A stretch of DNA of 44,704 bases from a virus (Duplodnaviria; Caudoviricetes), in the IMG/VR virus record IMGVR_UViG_3300003970_000020, positions 1-44,704 of that record. One strand, written 5' to 3'. A program made the position numbers and the translations under genes. Positions 25,739-34,846 of this stretch are shown here, in pieces. How positions within the stretch are numbered: position 1 is the first letter of the stretch; every line of letters begins with the position of its first letter. The notes under the pieces were generated by a model, which ran no database searches, was not told the origin of the DNA, and was given only the letters and a program-made list of their open reading frames with translations.

Positions 25739-27136
25739 ATGACGCTCCCCTGGATGGCAGCGAAGATCCTGCTGCGTCCGGTGGCGGAGCTGCGCCCGCA
25801 TGCCGGCAACGCCCGCGTGCACAGCGCTGCGCAGCTCGAGCAGATCAAGGCCAGCATCCTGGCCTTCGGCTTCACCAACCCGCTGCTGGTGGATGAGGCG
25901 GGCGTGCTGATCGCTGGCCACGGCCGGCTGGAGGCGGCATCGGCGCTCGGCATGGCCAAGGTGCCGGTGATCGTGCTGCGGCACCTGTCCGCGGCGCAGA
26001 AGGAGGCGCTGCGGCTCGCCGATAATCGCATCGCGGAGAACGCGACCTGGGACCAGGCACTGCTGCGCGATGCGCTGGCCGCGGTGCAGGTGGCACAGAA
26101 CATCGACCTCGCAGCGCTCGGCTTCTCGGCGGATGAGCTCGCAGACATCCTCGCGGCGGCTGGAGATGCCGTGTCCGACGGCGACGCGCCCGAGGCTCTG
26201 TCCGCGGATCCCGCCGAGGGGGGCGGTGCGGCAGGCGCTGCGGGGACGGAGGAAGTGCCGGCGGATGATCCCGCCGATGCCGAGCCCGAACCGCCGCGCC
26301 AGGCCGTCACCCGCCCTGGCGACCTCTGGCTGCTGGGCGAACATCGCCTGCTCTGCGGTGACAGCACCGACGCCGCCTCGGTGGCGCACGTGATGGGTAA
26401 AGACCGCGCTGCGCTGCTGTTCACCTCCCCGCCCTATGGAAATCAACGCGACTACACCACCGGCGGCGGTACCGATTGGGACGCCTTGATGCAGGGCGTG
26501 TTCCAGCATCTCGACGCGGCGATGCGGCCGGACGGCCAGGTGCTGGTGAACCTCGGGCTGATCCACCGCGACAGCGAATGGATCCCGTATTGGTTTGGCT
26601 GGCTGGACTGGATGCGCGCGCGTGGCTGGCGCCGCTTCGGGCTTTACACATGGGACCAGGGCCCGGGCCTGCCGGGTGACTGGAACGGACGGCTCGCGCC
26701 CGCCTTCGAGTTCGTTTTCCACTTCAACCGCCAGGCCCGGCAGGCCAACAAGATCGTGCCCTGCAAATGGGCCGGCACGCCGAACAAGGGCAGCGGCCTG
26801 CGCGCGGCGGACGGGACCATCTCGGAATATCAGCACGCCGGGCTGCCGGTGCAGGACTTCCGGATCCCCGACAACGTGCTGCGCCTGACCCGCCACAAGG
26901 GCCGCGGCATCGAGACCGAGCTCGAGCCTTTCGGCGGCTCCGGCACCACTATCCTGGCCGCCCAGCGCACCAGCCGCCGCGTGCGCGCGATTGAGCTCGC
27001 ACCCGCCTATGTCGACCTGGCGATCGCCCGTTGGCGGATGCTGCATCCCGACCTGCCTGTGACCCTGGCGGACGATGGCCGCGACTATGACGCCGTGGCC
27101 GCGGCGCGGATGGAGGTCATCGCCGATGCAGCCTGA
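25739..27136 (+). CDS. ParB-like domain + DNA methyltransferase (SPPY), with apparent internal in-frame deletion
   Basis: NARVHS..FGFTNP..IAGHGR; FTSPPY; EPFGGSGTT; the HP..FP segment is missing. Confidence 0.85.
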   Translation: MTLPWMAAKILLRPVAELRPHAGNARVHSAAQLEQIKASILAFGFTNPLLVDEAGVLIAGHGRLEAASALGMAKVPVIVLRHLSAAQKEALRLADNRIAENATWDQALLRDALAAVQVAQNIDLAALGFSADELADILAAAGDAVSDGDAPEALSADPAEGGGAAGAAGTEEVPADDPADAEPEPPRQAVTRPGDLWLLGEHRLLCGDSTDAASVAHVMGKDRAALLFTSPPYGNQRDYTTGGGTDWDALMQGVFQHLDAAMRPDGQVLVNLGLIHRDSEWIPYWFGWLDWMRARGWRRFGLYTWDQGPGLPGDWNGRLAPAFEFVFHFNRQARQANKIVPCKWAGTPNKGSGLRAADGTISEYQHAGLPVQDFRIPDNVLRLTRHKGRGIETELEPFGGSGTTILAAQRTSRRVRAIELAPAYVDLAIARWRMLHPDLPVTLADDGRDYDAVAAARMEVIADAA

Positions 27137-28394
27137 CCTTATCGTCTCAGCACTGCCGATCGCATCCCTCGTGCCCTACGCCGAGAATGCTCGCACACAT
27201 TCGCCGTCTCAGGTGGCGCAGATCGCGGCCTCCATCGCCGAATTCGGCTTCGTGAACCCGGTGCTGGTCGACGCGGATGGGGTGCTGATCGCCGGCCACG
27301 GTCGCGTCATGGCGGCGAAGCAGCTCGGCCTCGCCACCGTCCCGGTGCTGCGGCTCGGCCATCTCTCCCCGGCGCAGGCGCGCGCGCTGCGGCTGGCCGA
27401 CAACCAGATCGCCCTGAACTCCGGCTGGGACGAGGCGCTGCTTGCAGCGGAAATCGCCCGCATCCGCGACGAGGCAGTGGTCGACCTGGACGTGCTGGGC
27501 TTCTCCGGGATTGAACTGGACCGGTTGCTGGCTTCGGCCGATGCTGGGCTGGGCGATGATGCCGACGAGGCGCCGCCACCGCCCGTTGTGCCCGTCACGC
27601 GCACGGGAGATCTCTGGCGCTGCGGTGATCACCGCATCCTGTGCGGCGACGCCACCCGGATCGAGGATGTGCAGCGTGCCCTTGGCGCCGGCCACCTGGC
27701 CGACATGGGTTTCGTCGATCCACCCTACAATGTGGCCTACGAAGGCGGCACCGCCGCCAAGATGACCATCGCCAATGATGCGCTCGGCGGCGGCTTCGCC
27801 GACTTCCTCCGCCCCGCGCTGGCAAACATGCTCTCGGTCACCAAGGGCGCCTGCTATGTCTGCATGTCCTCCTCCGAATGGCCGACGCTGCACCGCGTCT
27901 GGCAGGAGGCCGGTGGCAAATGGTCCAGCACCATCATCTGGGCGAAGAACACCTTCAGCCTCGGCCGCGCCGACTACCACCAGCAGTTCGAAGCCATGCT
28001 CTACGGCTGGAAGGCCGGCAGCCAGCACTATTGGTGCGGCGCCCGTGACCAGGGGAACGTCTGGCACTTCGACAAGCCGGCCAGGAACGACCTGCACCCC
28101 ACGATGAAACCTGTGGCGCTGGTCGAGCGTGCCATCCGCAATAGCAGCAAGCCGCGCGACACCGTGCTGGATTGCTTTGGCGGCTCGGGCACCACGATGA
28201 TCGCCGCAGAGCGCACCGGGCGGCGTGCTGTCTTGCTGGAGATCGACCCCGCCTATGCCGATGTCATCGTGCGGCGATGGCAGGAGACGACCGGCGAGGT
28301 GGCCGTGCTGGAGGGCGACGATCGCATCTTCACCGATGTCGCCGCAGCGCGCGGCATCGTCGATCATGATGTGATCCAGACCGCCGAATCATAG
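27126..28394 (+). CDS. ParB-like domain + DNA adenine methyltransferase (DPPY)
   Basis: NARTHS..IAGHGR; DPPYNV; HPTMKPV; DCFGGSGTT. Confidence 0.92.
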   Translation: MQPDLIVSALPIASLVPYAENARTHSPSQVAQIAASIAEFGFVNPVLVDADGVLIAGHGRVMAAKQLGLATVPVLRLGHLSPAQARALRLADNQIALNSGWDEALLAAEIARIRDEAVVDLDVLGFSGIELDRLLASADAGLGDDADEAPPPPVVPVTRTGDLWRCGDHRILCGDATRIEDVQRALGAGHLADMGFVDPPYNVAYEGGTAAKMTIANDALGGGFADFLRPALANMLSVTKGACYVCMSSSEWPTLHRVWQEAGGKWSSTIIWAKNTFSLGRADYHQQFEAMLYGWKAGSQHYWCGARDQGNVWHFDKPARNDLHPTMKPVALVERAIRNSSKPRDTVLDCFGGSGTTMIAAERTGRRAVLLEIDPAYADVIVRRWQETTGEVAVLEGDDRIFTDVAAARGIVDHDVIQTAES

Positions 28395-28417
28395 CAATTC
28401 CGCTCCGCTGCATCTTG

Positions 28418-28461
28418 CTTGGCTCGTGCGCGGCACAGCGCGAATGGTCCGTCACACGCAG
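28418..28461 (+). repeat. 44-bp leader element, copy 1
   Basis: 36/44 identical to 30070-30113. Confidence 0.85.
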
Positions 28462-28494
28462 AGCACCCCGCCCTGCACCACGACGGAGACCAGC

Positions 28495-28731
28495 ATGACC
28501 GACCGCGAAGCCCGCGCCGCCCGCAACCAGGAAAACAGCCTGGCCGCCTTCCTGGCGAAGAAGGCGGAGTTCGACGCCCTACTCGCCGAACTGCAGCAGG
28601 CCAGCGCAGACCATTTCGGCGCGGATCCCGAGACGGTGCTTTGGGGCGAAGCGGCATGGCTTTCGGACGCCACCGCGAAGCTGAAGGACATCGCGGACCA
28701 GCATTTCCGCCGCGGCGAATACGAAGCCTGA
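28495..28731 (+). CDS. Small conserved phage protein
   Basis: AFLAKKAEFDALL..ASADHFG.DPE.V.WG; GGAG RBS. Confidence 0.78.
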   Translation: MTDREARAARNQENSLAAFLAKKAEFDALLAELQQASADHFGADPETVLWGEAAWLSDATAKLKDIADQHFRRGEYEA

Positions 28732-28826
28732 CGCGGATCACTCCCGCACCGCCCCGACCGGCAGCGCCGGCGGGGCTCCCGGCAGTAGGGGCCGATGACC
28801 GGCACCCGGAACCGGAGACCAACACG

Positions 28827-29696
28827 ATGACCAAGCTTTCCGACACCCAGCGCGTGATTCTCAGCGCCGCTGCACAGCACGAGATGGGCCTCGCCCGCGC
28901 GCCGAAGACCCTGCCGGCCGCGGCGCGCAATGCGGTCTTCCGCAGCCTGATCAAGAACAACCTGCTGACCGAGATCAACGCGCCGCGCGAGCATGTCGGG
29001 CTGGGCTGGCGCCAGGACGACGACGGGACCTGGATCGTGGCGCGCATCACCGACGAGGGGCTTCGCGCCATCGGCATCGACCCGAACGAGGGCGACGCGG
29101 ACGCCGGCGAGCCCGACTGCTCCGGCATCGAGGGCAGCGTGGCCGACACGGCGCCCACGGGCGCGGACGACGCCGCCGAGGGGGATGCCCCTGCGGAGGA
29201 AACCGAACACGCCCAGGGCGCACCCCTGACGGAGGAGATCGCCATGCTCGACCAGGCCCTCGCGGCGCGCGCCACCACGCCGCGCACCAGCCTGCGCGAC
29301 ACCGCCGCGGCCATCCTCGCCGCCTGGGACGATCAGGCCGCCCGCTTCGGGACGCATGATGGCGACCTGATCGGCGCGCTGGACGCGCCGATGGCGGCAT
29401 TGCGCAGCCTGCTTGCCGGTAAGCCCACGCGCGCACCGCGGGACGCCAGCGTGCCGCGCAAGCCGCGCGAGGGCACGAAGCAGGAGCAGGTGCTGGCGAT
29501 GCTGCGCCGGCCCGAGGGTGCGACGGTCGCGCAGATCGCCGAGGCCACCGGCTGGAACAGCAACACGGTGCGCGGCTTCATGGCGGGGCTGAAGAAGAAG
29601 GGCCACACGGTCGAGGTTCGGGATCGCATTCGCCAGGTTGGCCCCAACAAGACGGGCGCCAAAGGCTCCTACACCATCTACGCTTTGGCAGGCTGA
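28827..29696 (+). CDS. DUF3489-like winged-helix protein
   Basis: MTKLSDTQ..ILS; GTKQEQVLAMLRRPEGAT..I.EATGW...TVRG. Confidence 0.88.
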   Translation: MTKLSDTQRVILSAAAQHEMGLARAPKTLPAAARNAVFRSLIKNNLLTEINAPREHVGLGWRQDDDGTWIVARITDEGLRAIGIDPNEGDADAGEPDCSGIEGSVADTAPTGADDAAEGDAPAEETEHAQGAPLTEEIAMLDQALAARATTPRTSLRDTAAAILAAWDDQAARFGTHDGDLIGALDAPMAALRSLLAGKPTRAPRDASVPRKPREGTKQEQVLAMLRRPEGATVAQIAEATGWNSNTVRGFMAGLKKKGHTVEVRDRIRQVGPNKTGAKGSYTIYALAG

Positions 29697-29712
29697 GCCT
29701 GGGCGGGATTGG

Positions 29713-29982
29713 TCAGGGCTCGCTGCTGGCAAGCGGCGGGCCCTGATGCCGTTCTCCGGGCTTCAATTTTGGCTTCGGGGGATCGAGGGCGAGCACCATT
29801 TCATCCACAGTCCATCCTTGACGCTTCGCAGCGTTGGCAACGCCCCGCAGCACCTCGCGCGCATCATCGATGTACAGTTTCACGACACGCGGTGTGCCGA
29901 CACCATTCCCCGCCAGAGCCATCGCTTTTGCCGTCTCATAGACCATCTTCTCGATGTCTTTCGATGCGCTCTGTTGTGGCAT
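29713..29982 (-). CDS. Small reverse-strand hypothetical protein (89 aa)
   Basis: MPQQSASKDIEK...; GAGGA RBS; fills the gap; lower GC. Confidence 0.6.
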   Translation of the reverse strand: MPQQSASKDIEKMVYETAKAMALAGNGVGTPRVVKLYIDDAREVLRGVANAAKRQGWTVDEMVLALDPPKPKLKPGERHQGPPLASSEP

Positions 29983-30069
29983 GTCTGCCGTCCTCTGCTC
30001 GTCGCGCAATGATGCACAGCGCGCGTCGCGGCGACCATCGAAATCCAGCAACGGACATCGATCATTGAC

Positions 30070-30113
30070 CTTGGCTGTGTTCCGGCACAGCGCGAATCGT
30101 CCGTCACGCGCAG
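30070..30113 (+). repeat. 44-bp leader element, copy 2
   Basis: 36/44 identical to 28418-28461. Confidence 0.85.
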
Positions 30114-30145
30114 GGGCATCCCGCCCCGCCGAGACGGAGACGACG

Positions 30146-30346
30146 ATGAGCACCACCACCCTCCCGCACCTGACCGCCGAAGGCCCGCAGGACCGCGCCG
30201 CCTGGCAGCAGCTCCTCGCCACCGCGCCGCGCAGCACGGACAGCGTGGGCCGCGCGACAATCCAGGTCTGCACCGCCAGCGACGGGCGTGGGATCTTCGC
30301 CACGGTGGACTACGCCACCTGGCAGACCGAGAAGGAGGAGGCGTGA
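30146..30346 (+). CDS. Small hypothetical protein
   Basis: GGAG RBS; coupled to the next gene. Confidence 0.65.
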   Translation: MSTTTLPHLTAEGPQDRAAWQQLLATAPRSTDSVGRATIQVCTASDGRGIFATVDYATWQTEKEEA

Positions 30347-30627
30347 TGCCCTCCGAACGCCGCTGGATCATCCTGGCGCAGGATGGCCGGCACGTGACGA
30401 TGGGGCGCGCCGCTCCGCCCAGCGAGGCGGAGATCAAAACTGTCGCCGCGGCGCTGGCAGCGCAGGGGCTGGCCGGCTGGCTCGCCACGCTGGACGGGAA
30501 CTACTGGTCGCGCCGCCGCGTGGCCCTCGCGCCGGTGCAGATGCTTGGCCACGGCGCCACGCTGGATTGGCCCGCCGCCATCACCGCCTTTGACGCTGCC
30601 CGCCAGCGCGCACTGCGCCCCCGGTAA
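30343..30627 (+). CDS. Small hypothetical protein
   Basis: RWIILAQDGRHVT.GR; GGAGG RBS. Confidence 0.7.
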   Translation: MMPSERRWIILAQDGRHVTMGRAAPPSEAEIKTVAAALAAQGLAGWLATLDGNYWSRRRVALAPVQMLGHGATLDWPAAITAFDAARQRALRPR

Positions 30628-30669
30628 GCACGCGCGCAGCCCATCCTCGTGCGGCGGGAGGTCGCCGCC

Positions 30670-31185
30670 ATGCCGGAACTGACCTCCTCCACCCGCGAGG
30701 CCGCCCGTCGCATCGGGCTGAGCGACACCGCGATGCACAAGGCAGAGCGGTCCGGTCGGATCGCTCGCGAGCCGGACGGAAATTGGGACATCGACAAGAC
30801 CCGCCGCCGCTTGACCGAAACCGCCGATCCCACCCGTTCGCCCCTGGCCAATGGCGCCGGCGCCGAGGGGACGCCCTTTGCCCGGCTAAAGGTCGCACAG
30901 CTCGCCCTGAAGGTGGAGGCGCAGCGTCTCTCGCTGGACGAGACCAAGCGCCGCTTGGTCGATGTGACCGAGGCGAACGCCGCGCTCGACGAGATCGGCA
31001 GCACCATGCGCGACGCGCTGCTGAACTGGCCCGCCCGTGTCTCGGGGCTGATCGCCGCGGAAATCAGCGTCGACCCGCACCTGCTGCAGACCATCCTGCA
31101 GAGCCACATCAACGACCTGCTCACGGAGGCGGCCGATCGCTTCGATCCAGCAGGCATCGGAGGGGAGCGGGCCACGAACGCGTAG
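30670..31185 (+). CDS. Terminase small subunit (putative)
   Basis: N-terminal HTH, coiled coil, RDALLNWPARV; directly upstream of the large subunit. Confidence 0.78.
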   Translation: MPELTSSTREAARRIGLSDTAMHKAERSGRIAREPDGNWDIDKTRRRLTETADPTRSPLANGAGAEGTPFARLKVAQLALKVEAQRLSLDETKRRLVDVTEANAALDEIGSTMRDALLNWPARVSGLIAAEISVDPHLLQTILQSHINDLLTEAADRFDPAGIGGERATNA

Positions 31186-31210
31186 CCATGTCCGGCAACG
31201 CGTCGGCGCC

Positions 31211-33118
31211 ATGCTCCGCCCGCCACCGCAGCTCACCGTGTCGGAATGGGCCGAGCGGCATCGCATGCTCGGCAGCCGAGCCTCGGCCGAGCCTGGCCCC
31301 TGGCGCACCAGCCGCACGCCGTATCTGAAAGACGTCATGGACGCGCTGTCTGCGGTGCATCCCGCCCGCCGCGTCGTGTTCATGAAGGGCGCACAGGTCG
31401 GCGCGACAGAAAGTGGGAACTGCTGGCTCGGCTACATCATGCACCACGTGCCTGCCCCGGTGCTGGCGGTGCAGCCGACCGTCGAGCTCGCCAAGCGCTT
31501 TTCCCGCCAGCGCATCGACCCGCTGCTGGAGGAGACGCCCGCGCTGCGCGAACGTGTGGCGCCAGCCCGCGCGCGCGATAGCGGCAACACCATGCTGTCG
31601 AAGGAATTTCCCGGCGGCATTCTGGTGCTGACGGGCGCCAACAGCGCGGTTGGGCTGCGCTCTATGACGGCGCGGTTCCTGTTTCTCGACGAGGTGGACG
31701 CCTATCCCGGCGACGTCGCTGGCGAAGGTGATCCCATTGCTCTGGCAGAGGCGCGCGCCCGCACCTTCGGCTGGCGCCGCAAGGCCTTCCTGGTCAGCAC
31801 GCCGACGATCGCCGGGCGCAGCCGGATCGAGCGGGAGTACCTGGCCAGCGACCAGCGGCGGTTCTTTGTGCCGTGCCCTGAGTGCGGCGAGATGCAGTGG
31901 CTGCGCTTTGAGCGGCTTCTTTGGGAGAAGGGAGCGCCGCAGACGGCGCGGTATCATTGCAGTGCCTGCGACCACCCGATGCAGGAGCACGACAAGACCG
32001 CCCTGCTCAGCGGCGGAGAATGGCGCGCGACGGCAGAGGGCCAGGATCCGCACACGATCGGCTTTCACATCTCGGCACTGTACTCGCCGGTGGGCTGGCT
32101 GTCCTGGGAGCAGATCGCCCGGGATTGGGAGGCGGCCCAGGGCAAGCCCGAGGACATCAAGACCTTCAAAAACACGGTTCTGGGCGAGACCTGGCAGGAG
32201 CAGGGCGAGGCGCCCGATTGGGAGCGCCTCGTCGAGCGCCGCGAGGATTTTTCGATGGGCGTGGTGCCCACGGGCGCGCTGGTGCTCACCGCCGGCGTAG
32301 ACGTGCAGGACGATCGCCTGGAATGCGACGTCTGGGGCTGGGCGGAGGGCTTCTCCTCCTGGCTGGTCGATCACGTGGTGATCCAGGGCAGCCCGCGGGA
32401 CCGGGAGCCCTGGGACGAACTGGCCCGGGTGCTGGCGCGAGACTGGCCCCGCCAGGGCGGTGGCGCGATGCGGATCGCCCGGCTCTGCGTCGACACTGGC
32501 GGCCGGGACACCGCCGCCGTCTATGGCCACCTGCGCCGCCTGCGGGATCCGCGGATTGCGCCCACCAAGGGCATCGACGGTTGGAACCGGGCACAGCCCG
32601 TCCAGGGCCCGACGCCGGTCGATGCACTGGTCAACGGCCAGAAGCTCCGTCGTGGCCTCAAGCTCTGGACCGTGTCGGTCTCCACCTGGAAGGCCGATCT
32701 CTATCGCCGGCTCTGGCTGGGCCGCGGCGATGCGGAGGAGTTTCCACCTGGCTGGGTGCATTTGCCGCGGGCGGTGGATGCGGAATGGATCAAGCAGTTG
32801 GTCGCCGAGCAATTGCGCACGGCGAAAGACCGACGCGGCTTTGCCCGGCAGGAATGGGCCAAGCTGCGGGAACGCAATGAGGCGCTGGACTGTGCGGTGC
32901 TGGCCCGCGCAGCGCTCTGGCTGCTGGGCGCCGATCGCTATGGCGAGCGGTTCTGGCAGCAGCTGCGCGACCAGATCGCCGATGCCCCGCTGCGACCGAG
33001 CGAAGTTCCCGCGGCCGGGAATGTCGCTCACCCATCACCGCCGTCGCAGGCCGAGACGGCACCCGACAGCCAGCGCCCGCGCGGCTGGCTCGCGCCACGC
33101 AGCGGCTGGCTTCGCTGA
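31211..33118 (+). CDS. terL: Terminase large subunit, lambda gpA family
   Basis: MKGAQVGAT, FLDEVDAYP, STPT, CPEC, GVDVQDDR, NEALDC. Confidence 0.96.
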   Translation: MLRPPPQLTVSEWAERHRMLGSRASAEPGPWRTSRTPYLKDVMDALSAVHPARRVVFMKGAQVGATESGNCWLGYIMHHVPAPVLAVQPTVELAKRFSRQRIDPLLEETPALRERVAPARARDSGNTMLSKEFPGGILVLTGANSAVGLRSMTARFLFLDEVDAYPGDVAGEGDPIALAEARARTFGWRRKAFLVSTPTIAGRSRIEREYLASDQRRFFVPCPECGEMQWLRFERLLWEKGAPQTARYHCSACDHPMQEHDKTALLSGGEWRATAEGQDPHTIGFHISALYSPVGWLSWEQIARDWEAAQGKPEDIKTFKNTVLGETWQEQGEAPDWERLVERREDFSMGVVPTGALVLTAGVDVQDDRLECDVWGWAEGFSSWLVDHVVIQGSPRDREPWDELARVLARDWPRQGGGAMRIARLCVDTGGRDTAAVYGHLRRLRDPRIAPTKGIDGWNRAQPVQGPTPVDALVNGQKLRRGLKLWTVSVSTWKADLYRRLWLGRGDAEEFPPGWVHLPRAVDAEWIKQLVAEQLRTAKDRRGFARQEWAKLRERNEALDCAVLARAALWLLGADRYGERFWQQLRDQIADAPLRPSEVPAAGNVAHPSPPSQAETAPDSQRPRGWLAPRSGWLR

Positions 33119-33131
33119 CAGGAGGACGAGC

Positions 33132-33368
33132 ATGGAACCGAACGTCCTCGCCTGGGCGCTGGCGCAGCCTGCCGGCACCCGTGCCGCCGTGCTCGCTGCG
33201 GCCTTCACTGGCGGCACCACGCGCGTGACCTTCGATGGCCGCACGGTGGAATACCGATCACTCGATGAACTGGGCCGCGCGCTGTCGGTGCTGCACGGGG
33301 CGGAGAACGCCGCCGCGCGACGCCCCAGCGTCACCTTCGCCAGCTTCTCTCGTGAGGGAAGCTGGTGA
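33132..33368 (+). CDS. gpW-like head-tail joining protein
   Basis: G..RVTFDGRTVEYRSLDEL; between terL and portal. Confidence 0.82.
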   Translation: MEPNVLAWALAQPAGTRAAVLAAAFTGGTTRVTFDGRTVEYRSLDELGRALSVLHGAENAAARRPSVTFASFSREGSW

Positions 33369-34846
33369 TGGGCCGCATTCGTGATGCCTGGGACGTGCTC
33401 CGTGGGTACGCGGCAGCCCAGGACAGCCGTGCATCGACCTGGGCGGTTTCCGGCAGCAGCGCCACCGCCGAGGTCGGCGCCGCCGCACTCACCGTGGCGC
33501 GTCGCGCCCGCGACGCGGTCCGCAACGACCCCTACGCCGCCCGTATCGTCGATCTCTGGACCGGCAATGCCGTAGGTGCGGGCATCACCACCCGCTGGCC
33601 AGACAAGCCCCACGCCGAGGCCTGGCGCCGCTGGTCCGACAGCACGGCCTGCGACGCCGAGGGGCGGCTCGACCTCTATGGCCTGCAGGCGCTGGTCATG
33701 CGGGCGGTCGTCGAGAGCGGCGAATGCTTCGTGCGCATGCTGCCGGCCGACATCACGCCCGCCAACCCGATCGGGCTGCGGCTACAGGTGCTGGAAAGCG
33801 ACCATCTCGACGCAGCGCGCCAGGGTGTCATCGAGGGCGTCCCCACGCTGCAGGGCATCGGCCTGGGCGAGGCCGGGGAGCCGGTCGGCTATTGGCTGCA
33901 CCGCGTGCATCCCGGCGCGTCCTGGGTTCTGCCCGGTGGTGCCACGTGGTTGAGCAGCGAGCGCGTGCCGGCCCGCGACGTGCTGCACATCTATCGCAAG
34001 CGCCGCCCCGGCCAGCTGCGCGACGTCTCCTGGCTGGCGCCGGTGCTGACGCGCCTGCGCGACCTCGGCGACTATGAGGCCGCGCTGCTCATGAAGGCCA
34101 AGATTGAGGCCTGCCTCGCGGCAGTGGTCTCCGAGGATGGCGACGAGACCATGACCGGCCCGGCGTCGGGCCTCCTGCGCGACGCACAGGGCCGCACGGT
34201 CGAGAGCTTCGAGCCTGGCATGATCCTCTATCGCCGTGGCATGGGATCGGTGGAGGTGGTGAACCCGAGTGGGGGTGGCAGCCACGCGGCCTTCGCCCGC
34301 CGCGCGCTGGAAGCCTCTGCGGTCGGCACCGGCCTGACCTACGATCAGGTCGCCGGCGATCTGAGCCAGGCGAACTACTCCAGCCTGCGCGCCGGCAAGA
34401 TCGAGTTCCGCCGGCTCTGCGAGCAGATCCAGTACGGGATGCTGATTCCCATGCTGGTGCGCCCGATCGCGGACCGTTTTCACCAGCAGGGCGCGCTGCT
34501 CGGGCTGTGGGGCGCCGATGTGCCCGACGGCATGTCGCATGTCCCACCTGCGCACGAGATGATCGATCCGCTGAAGGACACCACGGCGCTGATCGCCCAG
34601 GTCCGTGCGGGCTTCGTGCCGCAGCCCGAGGCGGTGGGCGCCTTCGGCTACGACTTCCGCCAGGTCGTTGAGATGATCCGCGAAGCCAATGTGCTGCTCG
34701 ATGAGGCGGGCCTCTCGCTCGACAGCGATCCGCGTCGCGTCGCCAAGTCCGGCGCCGCCCAGGACGCGGCCCAGCTAGCCGCCATCGAGATTGCCGCCAC
34801 CGGCGCCGCATCGCCGCGCGCCGAACCAGCAGGAGCATCCCCATGA
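33365..34846 (+). CDS. Portal protein, lambda family
   Basis: RARD.VRND, RPGQLR, GDLSQANYSS.R, IDPLKD. Confidence 0.95.
   Translation: MMGRIRDAWDVLRGYAAAQDSRASTWAVSGSSATAEVGAAALTVARRARDAVRNDPYAARIVDLWTGNAVGAGITTRWPDKPHAEAWRRWSDSTACDAEGRLDLYGLQALVMRAVVESGECFVRMLPADITPANPIGLRLQVLESDHLDAARQGVIEGVPTLQGIGLGEAGEPVGYWLHRVHPGASWVLPGGATWLSSERVPARDVLHIYRKRRPGQLRDVSWLAPVLTRLRDLGDYEAALLMKAKIEACLAAVVSEDGDETMTGPASGLLRDAQGRTVESFEPGMILYRRGMGSVEVVNPSGGGSHAAFARRALEASAVGTGLTYDQVAGDLSQANYSSLRAGKIEFRRLCEQIQYGMLIPMLVRPIADRFHQQGALLGLWGADVPDGMSHVPPAHEMIDPLKDTTALIAQVRAGFVPQPEAVGAFGYDFRQVVEMIREANVLLDEAGLSLDSDPRRVAKSGAAQDAAQLAAIEIAATGAASPRAEPAGASP

Noticed and set aside
31025-31211. TerS-TerL frameshift fusion
   Set aside because: The terL frame is open upstream and its ATG lacks a clear RBS, but there is no slippery sequence; open frames are common at this GC content
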